From positions 1 through 63,625 of the forward strand of contig RZZT01000001.1 of assembly GCA_010014525.1 (NCBI GenBank): a stretch of 63,625 nt of DNA. The letters are read 5' to 3'. The position numbers and the translations under genes were made by a program. Under the pieces are notes generated by a model, which saw only the letters and a list, made by a program, of their open reading frames with translations, made no database searches and was not told the DNA's origin. This DNA comes from Candidatus Saccharimonadota bacterium. Its GTDB lineage: Bacteria; Patescibacteriota; Saccharimonadia; Saccharimonadales; Saccharimonadaceae. Shown one piece after another: positions 20,384 through 31,219 of the stretch; positions within the stretch are counted from its first letter, which is position 1, and each line of letters opens with the position of its first letter.

Positions 20384-21101
20384 ATTGGACCACCTGCTGG
20401 TGGCCAAAGAACTAGTAGCTTCTAGGTCGCAGGCGGAGAGCTATATAAAGCTCGGAAAGGTCATTGTTGATGGCCGTGTTATTAATAAGCCTGGGTTTTT
20501 TATAGCAGACACTGCTCACTTGAAGGTAGAGCAAGCCAGCCAGTATGTTTCTCGGGCAGGGATGAAGCTGGAGAGCGTGGCACAAGCAATGGGGCTAAGT
20601 TTTGTCGATAAAATAGTGCTAGACGTAGGGTCGAGCACTGGCGGATTCACTGACTACGCGCTTCGTAATGGAGCTAAGAAGGTGGTTGCCGTAGACGTCG
20701 GCACCGACCAGATGCACCCTTCTCTGCGAGGTAATCCACGGGTTGAGCTGTACGAGAAGACGGATATTCGTGATTTTAAAACAGCGCATAGGATCGATAT
20801 TGTAGTCATAGATGTAAGCTTTATATCTATGCGCGAAATACTACCTAGCGTACGGAACATAGTGCAAAATGATAGAGGTACTCTTATTGTGGCAATGCTA
20901 AAACCACAATTTGAAGCAGGTAAGGGCAACGTAATTAATGGGGTAGTGAAAAATAATGCCCAGAGACGACAAATTATAAGAGATTTTGAAACTTGGCTGA
21001 AATCTAACGGCTTCTACATCGGCGGTAAAAAAGACAGCGAGGTTAAAGGTGCTAAGGGTAACCAAGAAAGGTTCTACACTTTAAAAATAACTGAACAATA
21101 A
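20370..21101 (+). CDS. tlyA: TlyA-family rRNA methyltransferase
   Basis: S4 domain RLDHLL, YVSRAGMKL, DVGSSTGGFTD, DVSFIS, KPQFE and GNQE. Confidence 0.93.
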   Translation: MSKVRLDHLLVAKELVASRSQAESYIKLGKVIVDGRVINKPGFFIADTAHLKVEQASQYVSRAGMKLESVAQAMGLSFVDKIVLDVGSSTGGFTDYALRNGAKKVVAVDVGTDQMHPSLRGNPRVELYEKTDIRDFKTAHRIDIVVIDVSFISMREILPSVRNIVQNDRGTLIVAMLKPQFEAGKGNVINGVVKNNAQRRQIIRDFETWLKSNGFYIGGKKDSEVKGAKGNQERFYTLKITEQ

Positions 21102-21141
21102 ATTTGCTCAGTTATTTTTCTGTGGCAAGATTCCGATTGGC

Positions 21142-22218
21142 CTAAACGTTGAACCGGAATTCTACCACATCATTAGGCTGCATAACGTAACCCTTGCCCT
21201 CGGTTCTTACTTTGCCACTAGCCTTAGCAGATTGTTCGCTGCCAGCGCTAACCAGGTCATTATAGTTCACGACTTGCGCTGCTATGAAGCCTCTTTCGAA
21301 GTCCGTATGGATAACCCCTGCGGCTTGCGGCGCAGTCCAACCTTGTTTGATCGTCCAAGCATGAACTTCTTTTGGGCCGGCCGTTAAATAGCTTTGTAAG
21401 CCCAAAATACTGTATGCTGCGTGTATCATTTGTGATAGGCCATTTTCTTTCACACCGTAGCTTTCTAATAATTCTTTAGCATCCTCAGTACCTAAATCTT
21501 TGAGCTCTTCCTCTAGTTTGGCCGATACAAATACGGACTGGGAGGGGAGTACCAGATTTGACAATTCCTTTTGCCGGTTCTGGTCGTTCAGGACATCTTC
21601 GTCTACGTTAAACGCGTAGATAACTGGCTTGGCCGTTAGGAGATGAAGATCAGATACTAACTGGTAATTTAAATCTCCAATTGAAGAAAGGAGCGAGCCG
21701 CTATTTAGTTGAGTAATTAAATTGTTCAAGTGCTCAATGTCTGATCTTATAGAGGGTTTAGACTTAGCTTCTTTGGACAGCCTTTGCACTCGATTTTCAA
21801 GCGTCTGGATATCGGCAATTATTAACTCTGTATTAATTACATCGATGTCGTTTTCAGGGTTGATGCGATCTGAGACGTGAACAATATCATTGTTCACAAA
21901 GGCCCTCACAATATGTATAATTGCATCACACTGTCGGATGTTTGAGAGAAACTTATTCCCTAAACCTTCACCCTTACTTGCGCCAGCTACTAAGCCTGCT
22001 ATATCCACGAAGGTAACTGTAGCGGGTACTATTTTCGATGAACTGTAGATGGTGGCTAATTTTTCTAACCGTTCGTCCGGCACGGGCACGATTCCAGTAT
22101 TTGGCTCTATGGTGGCAAAAGGGTAATTTGCGGCTAAGATGTTATTATTTGTTAGGGCGTTGAATAAAGTTGATTTACCGACGTTCGGTAGACCCACGAT
22201 TCCGATAGATAAGCTCAT
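21142..22218 (-). CDS. ychF: Ribosome-binding ATPase YchF
   Basis: GIVGLPNVGKSTLFN, NYPFATIEPN, DIAGLV and AGVIHTDFERGFI. Confidence 0.97.
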   Translation of the reverse strand: MSLSIGIVGLPNVGKSTLFNALTNNNILAANYPFATIEPNTGIVPVPDERLEKLATIYSSSKIVPATVTFVDIAGLVAGASKGEGLGNKFLSNIRQCDAIIHIVRAFVNNDIVHVSDRINPENDIDVINTELIIADIQTLENRVQRLSKEAKSKPSIRSDIEHLNNLITQLNSGSLLSSIGDLNYQLVSDLHLLTAKPVIYAFNVDEDVLNDQNRQKELSNLVLPSQSVFVSAKLEEELKDLGTEDAKELLESYGVKENGLSQMIHAAYSILGLQSYLTAGPKEVHAWTIKQGWTAPQAAGVIHTDFERGFIAAQVVNYNDLVSAGSEQSAKASGKVRTEGKGYVMQPNDVVEFRFNV

Positions 22219-22366
22219 TTGGCTCCTTTTGGCTTTAAATTTAGTAGACTTGCTAAGTGTATTTTAACACATAAAGCTTTATCTATAAACCCAAACGGCG
22301 TTACTGGTCTACGCATTATGTTTAAAATGCTTGCAAAAAACATTATGATTATGATAAAATAGTAGC

Positions 22367-23413
22367 ATGTTTAATATAAAAGGTGTGGGCGAATTCTTCT
22401 CGTTAGATGTGGGCACGAACGCTATTCGTGTTATCCAACTTGATAAGGGCAATGACGGCAACTGGAATTTAGTTGGCTTTGGCTATACGCCGGTCGACTC
22501 TCGTCTGACTGCGAACGATTCTGAAGAGGGTCGTCGTAGACTAGGCGAAGTGATCGCGACGGTTGTAGGGCAGAGCGACATTAAAACCAAAAACGTAGCG
22601 ATTAGCTTATCGTCCCAGAAAACATTTACAACAATTATTGACGTTCCGACGCAAGACGCAAAAGAACTTCAGAAAACTATCAAATATCAAATCGACCAGT
22701 ATGTACCAATGTCGATCGAAGATGCTAAAGTGGATTGGGCCTCCCTTGGGCAATCGATGCATAAAAAAGATTCACAAGAGGTTCTTTTGGCATCGACCGC
22801 TAAAAATTATAGCGAAGATCGACTGGAATTTATCGAAGGCCTAGGCTTTAATGTAATCGCTGCCGAACCGGACTCACTAGCGATGACTAGATCGCTGCTG
22901 CCAAAAGGAGTAAATGACGGTCGGGTATTGATTGACCTTGGCGAAAACTCAACTGACCTTTCTGTAGTTTACGGTGACGCCCCGCGCCTTGTCCGCACTA
23001 TTCCGGTCGGGTTGTCCTCGCTTGTTAAAGCGGCGGTACAAAACTTGAATATTAAAGACGACCAAGCTCGGCAGTTTATTTTAAAGTTTGGTCTAGCGCA
23101 GGATAAGCTTGAAGGCCAGGTTTTTAGGGCTATCGAAACTACTTTGGAATCTTTCGTCCAGGAAATCGTAAAATCTATTAAATTTTTCTCGACAAGATAT
23201 CCTGATGTCGCTATCGGTGGAGTTATACTTTCTGGCTACGCCGGAATGGTGCCACACCTAACTGAATATGTGTCATCTAAGACTGGAATTTCTACCGTTT
23301 CGGGTGATCCATTCCAGTACGTTACAGTGCCAGCCAAATATCAGCAACAATTGTCCGGTGTTGCATCGGAGTTTGCCGTGGCTGTCGGTCTAGCCCAAAG
23401 GAGTATTAAATAA
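22367..23413 (+). CDS. pilM: Type IV pilus assembly protein PilM
   Basis: Actin-like fold motifs LDVGTNAIR, IDLGENST, ILSGYAG and AVAVGLA; first gene of pilus operon. Confidence 0.9.
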   Translation: MFNIKGVGEFFSLDVGTNAIRVIQLDKGNDGNWNLVGFGYTPVDSRLTANDSEEGRRRLGEVIATVVGQSDIKTKNVAISLSSQKTFTTIIDVPTQDAKELQKTIKYQIDQYVPMSIEDAKVDWASLGQSMHKKDSQEVLLASTAKNYSEDRLEFIEGLGFNVIAAEPDSLAMTRSLLPKGVNDGRVLIDLGENSTDLSVVYGDAPRLVRTIPVGLSSLVKAAVQNLNIKDDQARQFILKFGLAQDKLEGQVFRAIETTLESFVQEIVKSIKFFSTRYPDVAIGGVILSGYAGMVPHLTEYVSSKTGISTVSGDPFQYVTVPAKYQQQLSGVASEFAVAVGLAQRSIK

Positions 23414-24186
23414 TGATTGAAATTAACTTAATCCCTGATGTAAAAAATGAATTACTAAAAACCCAGAGCCTGCGCAACCGTATTATACTATTCTCAATTG
23501 TGGCCAGCATCGCCTGCGTGGTTCTCGTCGTTCTGGTAGCTAGCTTTGTGTTCGTGGCCCAACCACTGACTATAGGTGCGAAAGATCGAACTATCAAAGA
23601 GGATTTTGCTGCTCTAGAACACCATCCAGACGTCACTAGCATAGTGACTTTGCAGAACCAGCTAAGCCAAATTGATAGTTTGCGTGCAGCTGCGCCGAAC
23701 ACTTCTAGACTGCTAGGCCAGATTATTGTGGCTATCCAGCCGACTGGCGAAAACTCGGTTTCATATTCTTCATTGAATTATGACCCAGCTAGTAAAATGC
23801 TGTCAATCGAGGGTCAGGCGGCCGGTGGATTCCCCGCGCTAGAGGCTTTTCGTAAGACGATTGCTGAGACTAAAATAGTTTATCGTGAGGAGCATAAAGA
23901 GATAGTCTGTACTGCTGATGATGTGAGAAATGAAACTAATGATTGTATTAGCGAGGCCCTAGTCGATGGAGACGTTATCACGGAAGAGCAGTCTTTCGGT
24001 GATGATGAAAATGGTGCCAAAGTTCTACGTTTCAAGCTTAGCTTTAAAATTAATGATATGGCACTAAGTTTTACCGCGAAAGATTTTGCAGTATTGCCTC
24101 CGGGACGAAAAGATGTTACCGACTCTAAGATCCAGATTCCGGACGATATTTTTAAAGCTAGAACTAGTGTAGGGGAGGGTGAATAA
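23413..24186 (+). CDS. pilN: PilN-like protein
   Basis: N-terminal INLIP (INLLP-like) motif, single TM helix, follows pilM. Confidence 0.8.
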   Translation: MIEINLIPDVKNELLKTQSLRNRIILFSIVASIACVVLVVLVASFVFVAQPLTIGAKDRTIKEDFAALEHHPDVTSIVTLQNQLSQIDSLRAAAPNTSRLLGQIIVAIQPTGENSVSYSSLNYDPASKMLSIEGQAAGGFPALEAFRKTIAETKIVYREEHKEIVCTADDVRNETNDCISEALVDGDVITEEQSFGDDENGAKVLRFKLSFKINDMALSFTAKDFAVLPPGRKDVTDSKIQIPDDIFKARTSVGEGE

Positions 24187-24187
24187 T

Positions 24188-24955
24188 ATGCCTAAAGACA
24201 ACAAAGATATGGCTATTGGCAAGCGACAATTAATTGCTAAGGCTAATCAAACAATGTTTATAGCGGTCGCCATTGCTTCTGTGGTTATTGGTCTTGCTTC
24301 AGTGCTAACAACTTTCTTAGTGCGAGAAATGATGTTTAATTTTAAGGTTCTTGATGCTCAGAACGCTAGCATCGAGACTTTGAAATCTAATCTCGAAAAT
24401 GTCAAGGACCTAGAGTCTAAGATGGAAGAATTGCAAACTAATTCTGCGTTATTATCATCTCGAGCAGACGTAGAAAACAATGCTTTACGTGTCGTGATTG
24501 ACGCTTTGCCGTCGTTCGAGAACTCCGCTGCGCTTGGCGCTAGCGTGAGTAATAAACTATTAAATGTTCCGGGGATTAAAATTGAGTCTATTACTGTTAA
24601 TACGTCAGCCTCAACGGAAGACTCTGCCGCTAGCACAACCGAAGGCGATAAGGAAGCCGGCAACCCTAAGCCGCAGGCGATTGCGTTTTCATTCACTGTG
24701 GCCTCTGATGGCCCAGAAAATATTCTAAATGTAATAAAGAATTTAGAGAAGTCGATTCGCACAATTAATATAACTTCATTCAGGTTAGAACAAAATACTG
24801 GAGACATGTCTTTAACGGTGAATGCTCAGGCTTTTTATCTAGCGCAGGCTAACGTTGCGCTGCGTGAAAAGGTTATTAAGAGTGATGACACTTCTAAATC
24901 TGATACTTCCACCGCAGCTTCATCCGGTCAGGAAGATACGACAGGAGATAAATAA
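24188..24955 (+). CDS. pilO: PilO-like protein
   Basis: TM plus coiled coil, ALP motif, LEKSIRTINI; follows pilN. Confidence 0.7.
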   Translation: MPKDNKDMAIGKRQLIAKANQTMFIAVAIASVVIGLASVLTTFLVREMMFNFKVLDAQNASIETLKSNLENVKDLESKMEELQTNSALLSSRADVENNALRVVIDALPSFENSAALGASVSNKLLNVPGIKIESITVNTSASTEDSAASTTEGDKEAGNPKPQAIAFSFTVASDGPENILNVIKNLEKSIRTINITSFRLEQNTGDMSLTVNAQAFYLAQANVALREKVIKSDDTSKSDTSTAASSGQEDTTGDK

Positions 24956-24956
24956 G

Positions 24957-25214
24957 ATGAAAAAAACTGATATTGCAATGCTAGTACTGATTGCTGGAGT
25001 GAGTGTAGTTATTTCCTCATTCGTCCTAAACAATATTTTGGGTGATCCAGGAGAAAAGACCCGTAATGTTGAAATAACAGACGAGATCCAAGCAGGATTT
25101 ACTGAGCCCAACAAGGAAATATTTAATAAGGATGCGATCAACCCAACAGTTCCGATTATGATCGGTGAGGACGGAGCAGCGCCGATGTCCGATGCACAAC
25201 GGGCAGCAAACTAA
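24957..25214 (+). CDS. Small membrane protein in pilus operon
   Basis: MKKTDIAML... with one TM helix and IFNKDAINPT motif; lies between pilO and pilB. Confidence 0.7.
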   Translation: MKKTDIAMLVLIAGVSVVISSFVLNNILGDPGEKTRNVEITDEIQAGFTEPNKEIFNKDAINPTVPIMIGEDGAAPMSDAQRAAN

Positions 25215-25235
25215 GATACAGAATAAAAATAATTT

Positions 25236-27005
25236 ATGGCCCTAATAACGAACGACATTCAAGCTAGACTTGCGAAGCTCCTCTCTGAAGAGGGGCTTGT
25301 TCGAGCTGAGGTCATTTCTCAGTCTGTAGAAAATGCCAAAGCGGCTAATCAGTCGTTGATAGCGTATTTTCTAGAGAATAAAATAGTTGATAATGAAATA
25401 CTGGTTCATGCTATCTCTTATGTTTCGGGTGTCCCCTATGTTAACTTGGCAACCTCCAGCATCGATCAGTCAATCTTAGACTTAGTCCCGCTCGATATTG
25501 CCGAGAGAAATATGGCAGTGCCGATCGCAGAAGTGCAAAATAGGTTGGCTGTGGCTATGCTTGATGCTACTAACGTTCAGGCGGTTGATTATTTGTCTAG
25601 CTTGATTCAACGGCCGCTTAAGGTCTTTATGGCTAGCCAAGAATCAATCCGCCATGTATTAGATCAGTATAAAACTGACCTTTCAACGGTTGATGAAATT
25701 GCCGAAAAAACTGAATTGAGCGATGCTGCAGACGCTGATATGAAGAGATCGGCCCAGACGATCATTCAAGATTCACCAATTTCAAAAGCATTAAGCACAA
25801 TTTTGGAATATGCTGTTCGTGCCAAAGCCTCCGACATCCATGTTGAACCACTAGAAAAATCACTCAAAATTCGTTGCCGAATTGACGGTGTTCTGCGAGA
25901 AATTATGAACCTGCCGAAAAGTATTGAGCCGGCTCTAGTTTCTCGTATCAAGATCTTATCCAGTCTAAAAATCGACGAACACCGCATCCCTCAGGACGGC
26001 CAGTTTGCGGTTAGCGTGGCCAACAAAGAGGTCGACCTTCGTATCGCGATTAGCCCAGTTATTTGGGGTGAGCAGGTGGTGATTCGTTTGCTTGATAAGT
26101 CTGGCAGCTCGTTCGATCTTGAGCAAATGGGCTACGCAGGGCGAGCGCTTAGAACTATCAGGAAAGGTATTGCCGCACCAAATGGAATGGTTCTCACCTC
26201 TGGCCCGACTGGTTCTGGTAAATCGACCTCTTTATATGCCTTAATTAAAGAAATTAAAGACGAATCTGTGAATATTATTACGCTGGAAGACCCGGTTGAA
26301 TATAAGATGGATGGTGTAAATCAGATCCAAGTTAACTCTGACGTTGGCCTGACTTTTGCGGCTGGACTACGCTCTATCCTGCGTCTTGACCCAGATATTG
26401 TGATGGTTGGTGAGGTCCGCGACGGTGAGACCGCTAATTTGGCTGTACAAGCGGCCCTAACTGGACACTTGGTGTTCTCGACTCTCCACACTAACTCAGC
26501 GGCTGGTATTTTACCTCGTCTTTTGGACATGGGGATTGAGCCGTTCTTGATCGCTTCGACCGTTAATACGATTATTGGACAGCGTTTGGTTCGCCGTGTG
26601 TCTGAGAAGCGAAATGTATATCAATCGTCACCTATAGAGACAGAAGCCATTATGGAGACGGTGGGGCACTTGCTCCCCAAAACCAAAGAAGATGTTGCGG
26701 CGGTCTCGGCCGATTTAGGGTATAGAGATCTGCCACTAGCTAATCAAAAGTCATATTCTCTAGTAAGGGGTAGGGACACACCACAAACTCCAGGTGGGTA
26801 TAAGGGGCGTGCCGGTATCTATGAAGTTATGGAGGTGAGTGAGGAGGTGCAACAATTGATTATTAAGCGGGCTACGGCGGCTGAAGTGCAGAAAGTTGCC
26901 GTAGCCCAGGGAATGATTACGATGCGTCAAGATGGATACCTCAAAGCATTGACAGGGCTCACGACAATAGAAGAAGTAAATAGGGTAGCAGCTGATACTG
27001 CATAA
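25236..27005 (+). CDS. pilB: Type IV pilus extension ATPase PilB (GspE/PulE family)
   Basis: ASDIHVEP, PQDG, GPTGSGKSTS, LEDPVE, GEVRD and GHLVFSTLHTN. Confidence 0.93.
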   Translation: MALITNDIQARLAKLLSEEGLVRAEVISQSVENAKAANQSLIAYFLENKIVDNEILVHAISYVSGVPYVNLATSSIDQSILDLVPLDIAERNMAVPIAEVQNRLAVAMLDATNVQAVDYLSSLIQRPLKVFMASQESIRHVLDQYKTDLSTVDEIAEKTELSDAADADMKRSAQTIIQDSPISKALSTILEYAVRAKASDIHVEPLEKSLKIRCRIDGVLREIMNLPKSIEPALVSRIKILSSLKIDEHRIPQDGQFAVSVANKEVDLRIAISPVIWGEQVVIRLLDKSGSSFDLEQMGYAGRALRTIRKGIAAPNGMVLTSGPTGSGKSTSLYALIKEIKDESVNIITLEDPVEYKMDGVNQIQVNSDVGLTFAAGLRSILRLDPDIVMVGEVRDGETANLAVQAALTGHLVFSTLHTNSAAGILPRLLDMGIEPFLIASTVNTIIGQRLVRRVSEKRNVYQSSPIETEAIMETVGHLLPKTKEDVAAVSADLGYRDLPLANQKSYSLVRGRDTPQTPGGYKGRAGIYEVMEVSEEVQQLIIKRATAAEVQKVAVAQGMITMRQDGYLKALTGLTTIEEVNRVAADTA

Positions 27006-27019
27006 AAGGGAAGGAAAAT

Positions 27020-28090
27020 ATGGAACAACAAGATTTAAGAATAGAAATTTTACTAGAGGAAGTGGTGCGTAAAAACGCCAGTGACCTACACATTCAGGTT
27101 GGATTGCCGCCGATGCTCCGCTTAGACGGTTCGTTGACGCCATTTCCTGGATACAAAGCTCTTAACGAAGAGCAGGTTGAGATGCTTGTTTTCTCAATTC
27201 TCGATCAAGATCAACAACAGATTCTAACCAAGGATAAAGAGTTTGACTTTTCATTCGCGTTTGGAGAACTGGGTCGTTTTCGCGTTAACGCCTTCCATGA
27301 ACGCGGAAATCTAGCTGCTGCACTTCGTTTGATCCCTAATACTATTAAAACAGTTGCTGAGCTTGGCATGCCACCAGTTGTCCAGACGTTTGCAGATTAT
27401 CCGCGTGGATTGGTGTTAGTTACTGGCCCAACTGGTTCGGGTAAATCCACTACCCTAGCAGCTATAATTGACAAAATTAACACGGAAAAAGCTCAGCATA
27501 TCATCACTATTGAAGACCCGGTTGAGTTTACGCATAAAAGTAAACGTTCGGTGATTGTGCAGCGTGAAGTCCACTACGACACATACTCTTTTAGCTCGGC
27601 TTTGCGTTCAAGTCTTCGTCAAGACCCAGACGTTGTGCTGATCGGTGAGATGCGTGACCTTGAAACTATCTCAGCCGCGATTACGATTGCCGAAACCGGA
27701 CACTTAGTATTTGCAACCCTTCACACCAACAGTGCCTCGCAGTCGATCGACCGTATGATTGACGTTTTCCCGCCGCATCAGCAACCGCAAGTTCGTTCGC
27801 AGCTGGCTAATATTCTGCAGGGAATTTGTTCCCAGCGTTTAGTTCCTTCAATCGGAGGCGGTCGTGTTGTGGCTGCTGAGGTTTTGATTGCTAACCCGGC
27901 TGTACGAAACATTATTCGCGAAGGAAAATCCCACCAGCTCGATGCTGTGATCCAAACCGGAGCAGACCAAGGCATGCAGACAATGGACCGTACGCTAGTT
28001 AAATTAGTCCAGACGGGGGCTATTACTTATGATAGCGCTCGCGAATACGCAGTTGACTTATCGGAATTTGAAAGGTTAATGAGAGGTTAA
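27020..28090 (+). CDS. pilT: Type IV pilus retraction ATPase PilT
   Basis: ASDLHI, RFRVNAF, GPTGSGKSTT, EDPVEF, AETGHLV and AVRNIIRE motif. Confidence 0.95.
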   Translation: MEQQDLRIEILLEEVVRKNASDLHIQVGLPPMLRLDGSLTPFPGYKALNEEQVEMLVFSILDQDQQQILTKDKEFDFSFAFGELGRFRVNAFHERGNLAAALRLIPNTIKTVAELGMPPVVQTFADYPRGLVLVTGPTGSGKSTTLAAIIDKINTEKAQHIITIEDPVEFTHKSKRSVIVQREVHYDTYSFSSALRSSLRQDPDVVLIGEMRDLETISAAITIAETGHLVFATLHTNSASQSIDRMIDVFPPHQQPQVRSQLANILQGICSQRLVPSIGGGRVVAAEVLIANPAVRNIIREGKSHQLDAVIQTGADQGMQTMDRTLVKLVQTGAITYDSAREYAVDLSEFERLMRG

Positions 28091-28091
28091 A

Positions 28092-29297
28092 ATGAAAAGA
28101 TTTAGTTACGAGGCAAGAGATAAAACTACTGGCAAGATTGTAAAGTCTGAAGTCCAGGCTGAAACAGAGCACGCCGCCGGTCGATTGTTGATGGAGCAAG
28201 GATTCATACCCGTGAAGGATCTAAAAGAAATTAACGAAGAAGGTTTTTTTGGAAAATTTACAAACCGTATCTCTTCTAAAGATAAAATTGTTTTTACGAG
28301 GCAGTTTTCAACTTTGATTAGCGCCGGTTTGCCGTTGTCGCAGAGTTTGCATACTGTTGGGGAGCAGACCCAGAATAAAAAAATGAAAAATGTCATCGAG
28401 GATATTATGGCGAGCGTTGAGGCTGGTACCACCCTTTCTGACGCGTTTTCTAAACATTCGGATGTGTTTGACAAAGTTTATCTCTCTCTAGTTGCGGCGG
28501 GTGAGCTGTCTGGAACGCTTGATGAATCTTTACTACGTATTGCTGCTCAGCAGGAAAAAGATTCCGAGATGATGAGTAAAATTAAAGGCGCTTTGACTTA
28601 TCCTATTATCGTTCTATTCGTGATTTTGGGTGTGGTTGGATTTATGATGTTCACCGTTGTCCCGCAGGTAGAACAGCTTTACCGCGACATGGGTAAAGAA
28701 TTGCCTTTAATGACGCAGATCATGGTGAACGCGTCGAATTTTATTATGAACTACTGGTGGGTGGTAATTATCGCGATTGCAACTGTAGTTTGGTTTTTCC
28801 TTCAGTTCCTTAAAACCGACACCGGTATTAAATCTGCAGCCGCTTTCAAGCTTAACGTGCCAATGTTTGGCGCATTGTTTAGGAAGCTTTATATGGCGCG
28901 GTTCACTCGAACTGGGCAGACTTTGCTTGCGACTGGCGTGGCGATGCTAGATATGCTGAATATTTGTGGCGATGCTTTAAATAACGTGATTGTTAAAAAG
29001 AGTATCGACGAAGCTGCTGAGATGGTGCAGGGCGGTAAAAATTTGTCTGATTCCTTGAGGGGTAAAGATTATATTCTTCCACTAGTACCGCAGATGATCT
29101 CGATTGGTGAACAATCTGGTAAGATTGACCAAATGCTAGGTAAGACTGCGCAAGTTTATGAAAATGAGCTTGAAGAACAGATCCGGTCGATATCTACGAT
29201 GATTGAACCAATTATGATGGTGGTGATGGCGGTGCTTGCCGGTGGTATGATTGGTGCGATTTTAATGCCGATTTATGGCCTAGTAAACAATGTTTAA
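28092..29297 (+). CDS. pilC: Type IV pilus platform protein PilC (GspF family)
   Basis: FTRQFSTLISAGLPL, GELSGTL, ALTYP, GEQSG and IEP motifs. Confidence 0.93.
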   Translation: MKRFSYEARDKTTGKIVKSEVQAETEHAAGRLLMEQGFIPVKDLKEINEEGFFGKFTNRISSKDKIVFTRQFSTLISAGLPLSQSLHTVGEQTQNKKMKNVIEDIMASVEAGTTLSDAFSKHSDVFDKVYLSLVAAGELSGTLDESLLRIAAQQEKDSEMMSKIKGALTYPIIVLFVILGVVGFMMFTVVPQVEQLYRDMGKELPLMTQIMVNASNFIMNYWWVVIIAIATVVWFFLQFLKTDTGIKSAAAFKLNVPMFGALFRKLYMARFTRTGQTLLATGVAMLDMLNICGDALNNVIVKKSIDEAAEMVQGGKNLSDSLRGKDYILPLVPQMISIGEQSGKIDQMLGKTAQVYENELEEQIRSISTMIEPIMMVVMAVLAGGMIGAILMPIYGLVNNV

Positions 29298-29312
29298 CAG
29301 ACGGAGATCAAG

Positions 29313-30212
29313 ATGATATTTATAATTTTAATTGGCTTGTTTTTGTTCGGCGCGGTATTAGCTAGCTTTGCTGTTGCACAAGTTTGGCGGATTCGAGCTA
29401 GACAATTAAAGCACGAGATGGAATCTGGTGAAGAGGTAGACAAGACCGAATGGAAAAAGCTTAAATCGTTGGCTAGGGTAAAACAGAGAGACGATCGCTC
29501 AAAGTGCTTACACTGTGAATATACCTTAAGGTCGTATGATCTAATTCCTGTGGTGTCTTGGTTGAGCTTGGGCGGCAAATGCCGTAAATGCCGCAAGCCT
29601 ATCGGCGCTACTGAATTTGTGGCGGAGATTACACTCGGCGCTCTTTTTGTGGCTTCATTCCTGATGTGGCCGCTTGTAAATTTAGCCGGAGCGGAAGCTT
29701 CGGCGCTGCAGATTGTAAGTTTTATTCTGTGGCTGATTTTGCTAGTCATCCTAACCATTCTGTTTATATATGATATGAAATGGTCGTTGCTACCTTTGAA
29801 CTTGATGTTGGCATTCATCGCATTGTCTGCTGTCTTTTGGATAATCAATACGACTAGTGTCGTAGGCTTCGGCGTGGAACTTATTGCTAATTTATTAATA
29901 TCCATGGCTATTTTGCCTGGTATCTATTGGATATTAAATACTGTCTCCAGGGGCACTTGGGTGGGGTCTGGGGATTGGATTACTTCTATAGGTCTAGTAC
30001 TTATGATCCCTAATTCTCCAATTCTAACAGCCTTCGTTCTATTTTTGTCTAATTTTCTCGGGACTTTATTTATTGTGACTAGCTCAATGATAAAAAAGGA
30101 ATCTTTGGGCAGAGGCGCAAGAATACCGTTCGGGCCATTTTTAATTATTGCGACTATCCTAATTTTCTTTACATACCCGTACATTATGAATTTTTTAAGT
30201 TTTAGCGTATAA
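29313..30212 (+). CDS. pilD: Prepilin peptidase
   Basis: RSKCLHC, DLIPVVSWLSLGGKCRKC, GSGD and IPFGPFL. Confidence 0.92.
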   Translation: MIFIILIGLFLFGAVLASFAVAQVWRIRARQLKHEMESGEEVDKTEWKKLKSLARVKQRDDRSKCLHCEYTLRSYDLIPVVSWLSLGGKCRKCRKPIGATEFVAEITLGALFVASFLMWPLVNLAGAEASALQIVSFILWLILLVILTILFIYDMKWSLLPLNLMLAFIALSAVFWIINTTSVVGFGVELIANLLISMAILPGIYWILNTVSRGTWVGSGDWITSIGLVLMIPNSPILTAFVLFLSNFLGTLFIVTSSMIKKESLGRGARIPFGPFLIIATILIFFTYPYIMNFLSFSV

Positions 30213-30244
30213 AATAATAATGCTTATGATATAATAGAGTTAAT

Positions 30245-31216
30245 ATGAAAAAAAGTATTTCAAAAATAGTAGACGGTTTTACAATTATAGAGATCTCTCT
30301 GTTTTTGGCTATCTCGAGTTTTTTGGCGGTAGGGTTGATGGCGGGATGGACTACTAACATCAATAGGCAAAGATATACTGACATGGTTAGTACTTTTAAA
30401 TCAGATATACAACAGGTTTTCACAGAGGTTGAAAACCCGCATAACAGTATGACGCAGAGGGTACGTTGTATCGACGGTGGTATTAATATCTCGATTGTGC
30501 TAGATGACGGCGGAGACGCACGCGGTACGACTAACTGTATTATTCTAGGTAGGATGATTAGCTTTGGCAGCCCCGATTCGGCTGGACTATTCAGCACGCA
30601 TTATGATACGTCTAGATATATAGTTGGTTTAGATATCGACACCTCAGTTGCTTGTGGCGGTCCGTGTGCCAATGATCTTGAGGCGCTCAAAGCAACTAAA
30701 TTCGTGGTGGCCGTTGGTTCAAATGCTCTTGATACGACCTTTGCGGATACGAACAAATGGGAAGAGCAGAGGCTAGAATGGGACGGTCGTTATAAAATGA
30801 TAACTGACAATCGAAGCTCTGGAGCTAGGGCTTTTTCTGGTAATTTAACCTCTCCTTGGGCTATTAGTGATACTGTATTTGGAGTGATGATATTGAGGTC
30901 GCCTATGAGCGGCTCGGTTATGGCATTCGGTGTCCCAGTAGATGTCATATACCCTGGACTTGGCTACTACAATAATGAATCAAATATTAGAGACTTTAGG
31001 AATAGCTTTGTGGATGGCAGGCTTGCGATCTCGTCTAATAAAAAAGTTGATGTATGCATTATGCCTAGCGAATCTAATGGCCCCAGCATTTTCGGTCGCG
31101 GCAGAGTGGTGAGAATTGGTAATACTGCTGCTTCAGTTGAAATAGCGCCGCTGGAAGGCATCGGATCAATATCTTGCGACGACCAAACGGGTTTTAACGG
31201 AGTGCAAAGGCTATAG
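30245..31216 (+). CDS. Minor pilin-like protein
   Basis: G|FTIIEISLFLAIS class III signal. Confidence 0.85.
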   Translation: MKKSISKIVDGFTIIEISLFLAISSFLAVGLMAGWTTNINRQRYTDMVSTFKSDIQQVFTEVENPHNSMTQRVRCIDGGINISIVLDDGGDARGTTNCIILGRMISFGSPDSAGLFSTHYDTSRYIVGLDIDTSVACGGPCANDLEALKATKFVVAVGSNALDTTFADTNKWEEQRLEWDGRYKMITDNRSSGARAFSGNLTSPWAISDTVFGVMILRSPMSGSVMAFGVPVDVIYPGLGYYNNESNIRDFRNSFVDGRLAISSNKKVDVCIMPSESNGPSIFGRGRVVRIGNTAASVEIAPLEGIGSISCDDQTGFNGVQRL

Positions 31217-31219
31217 TCT

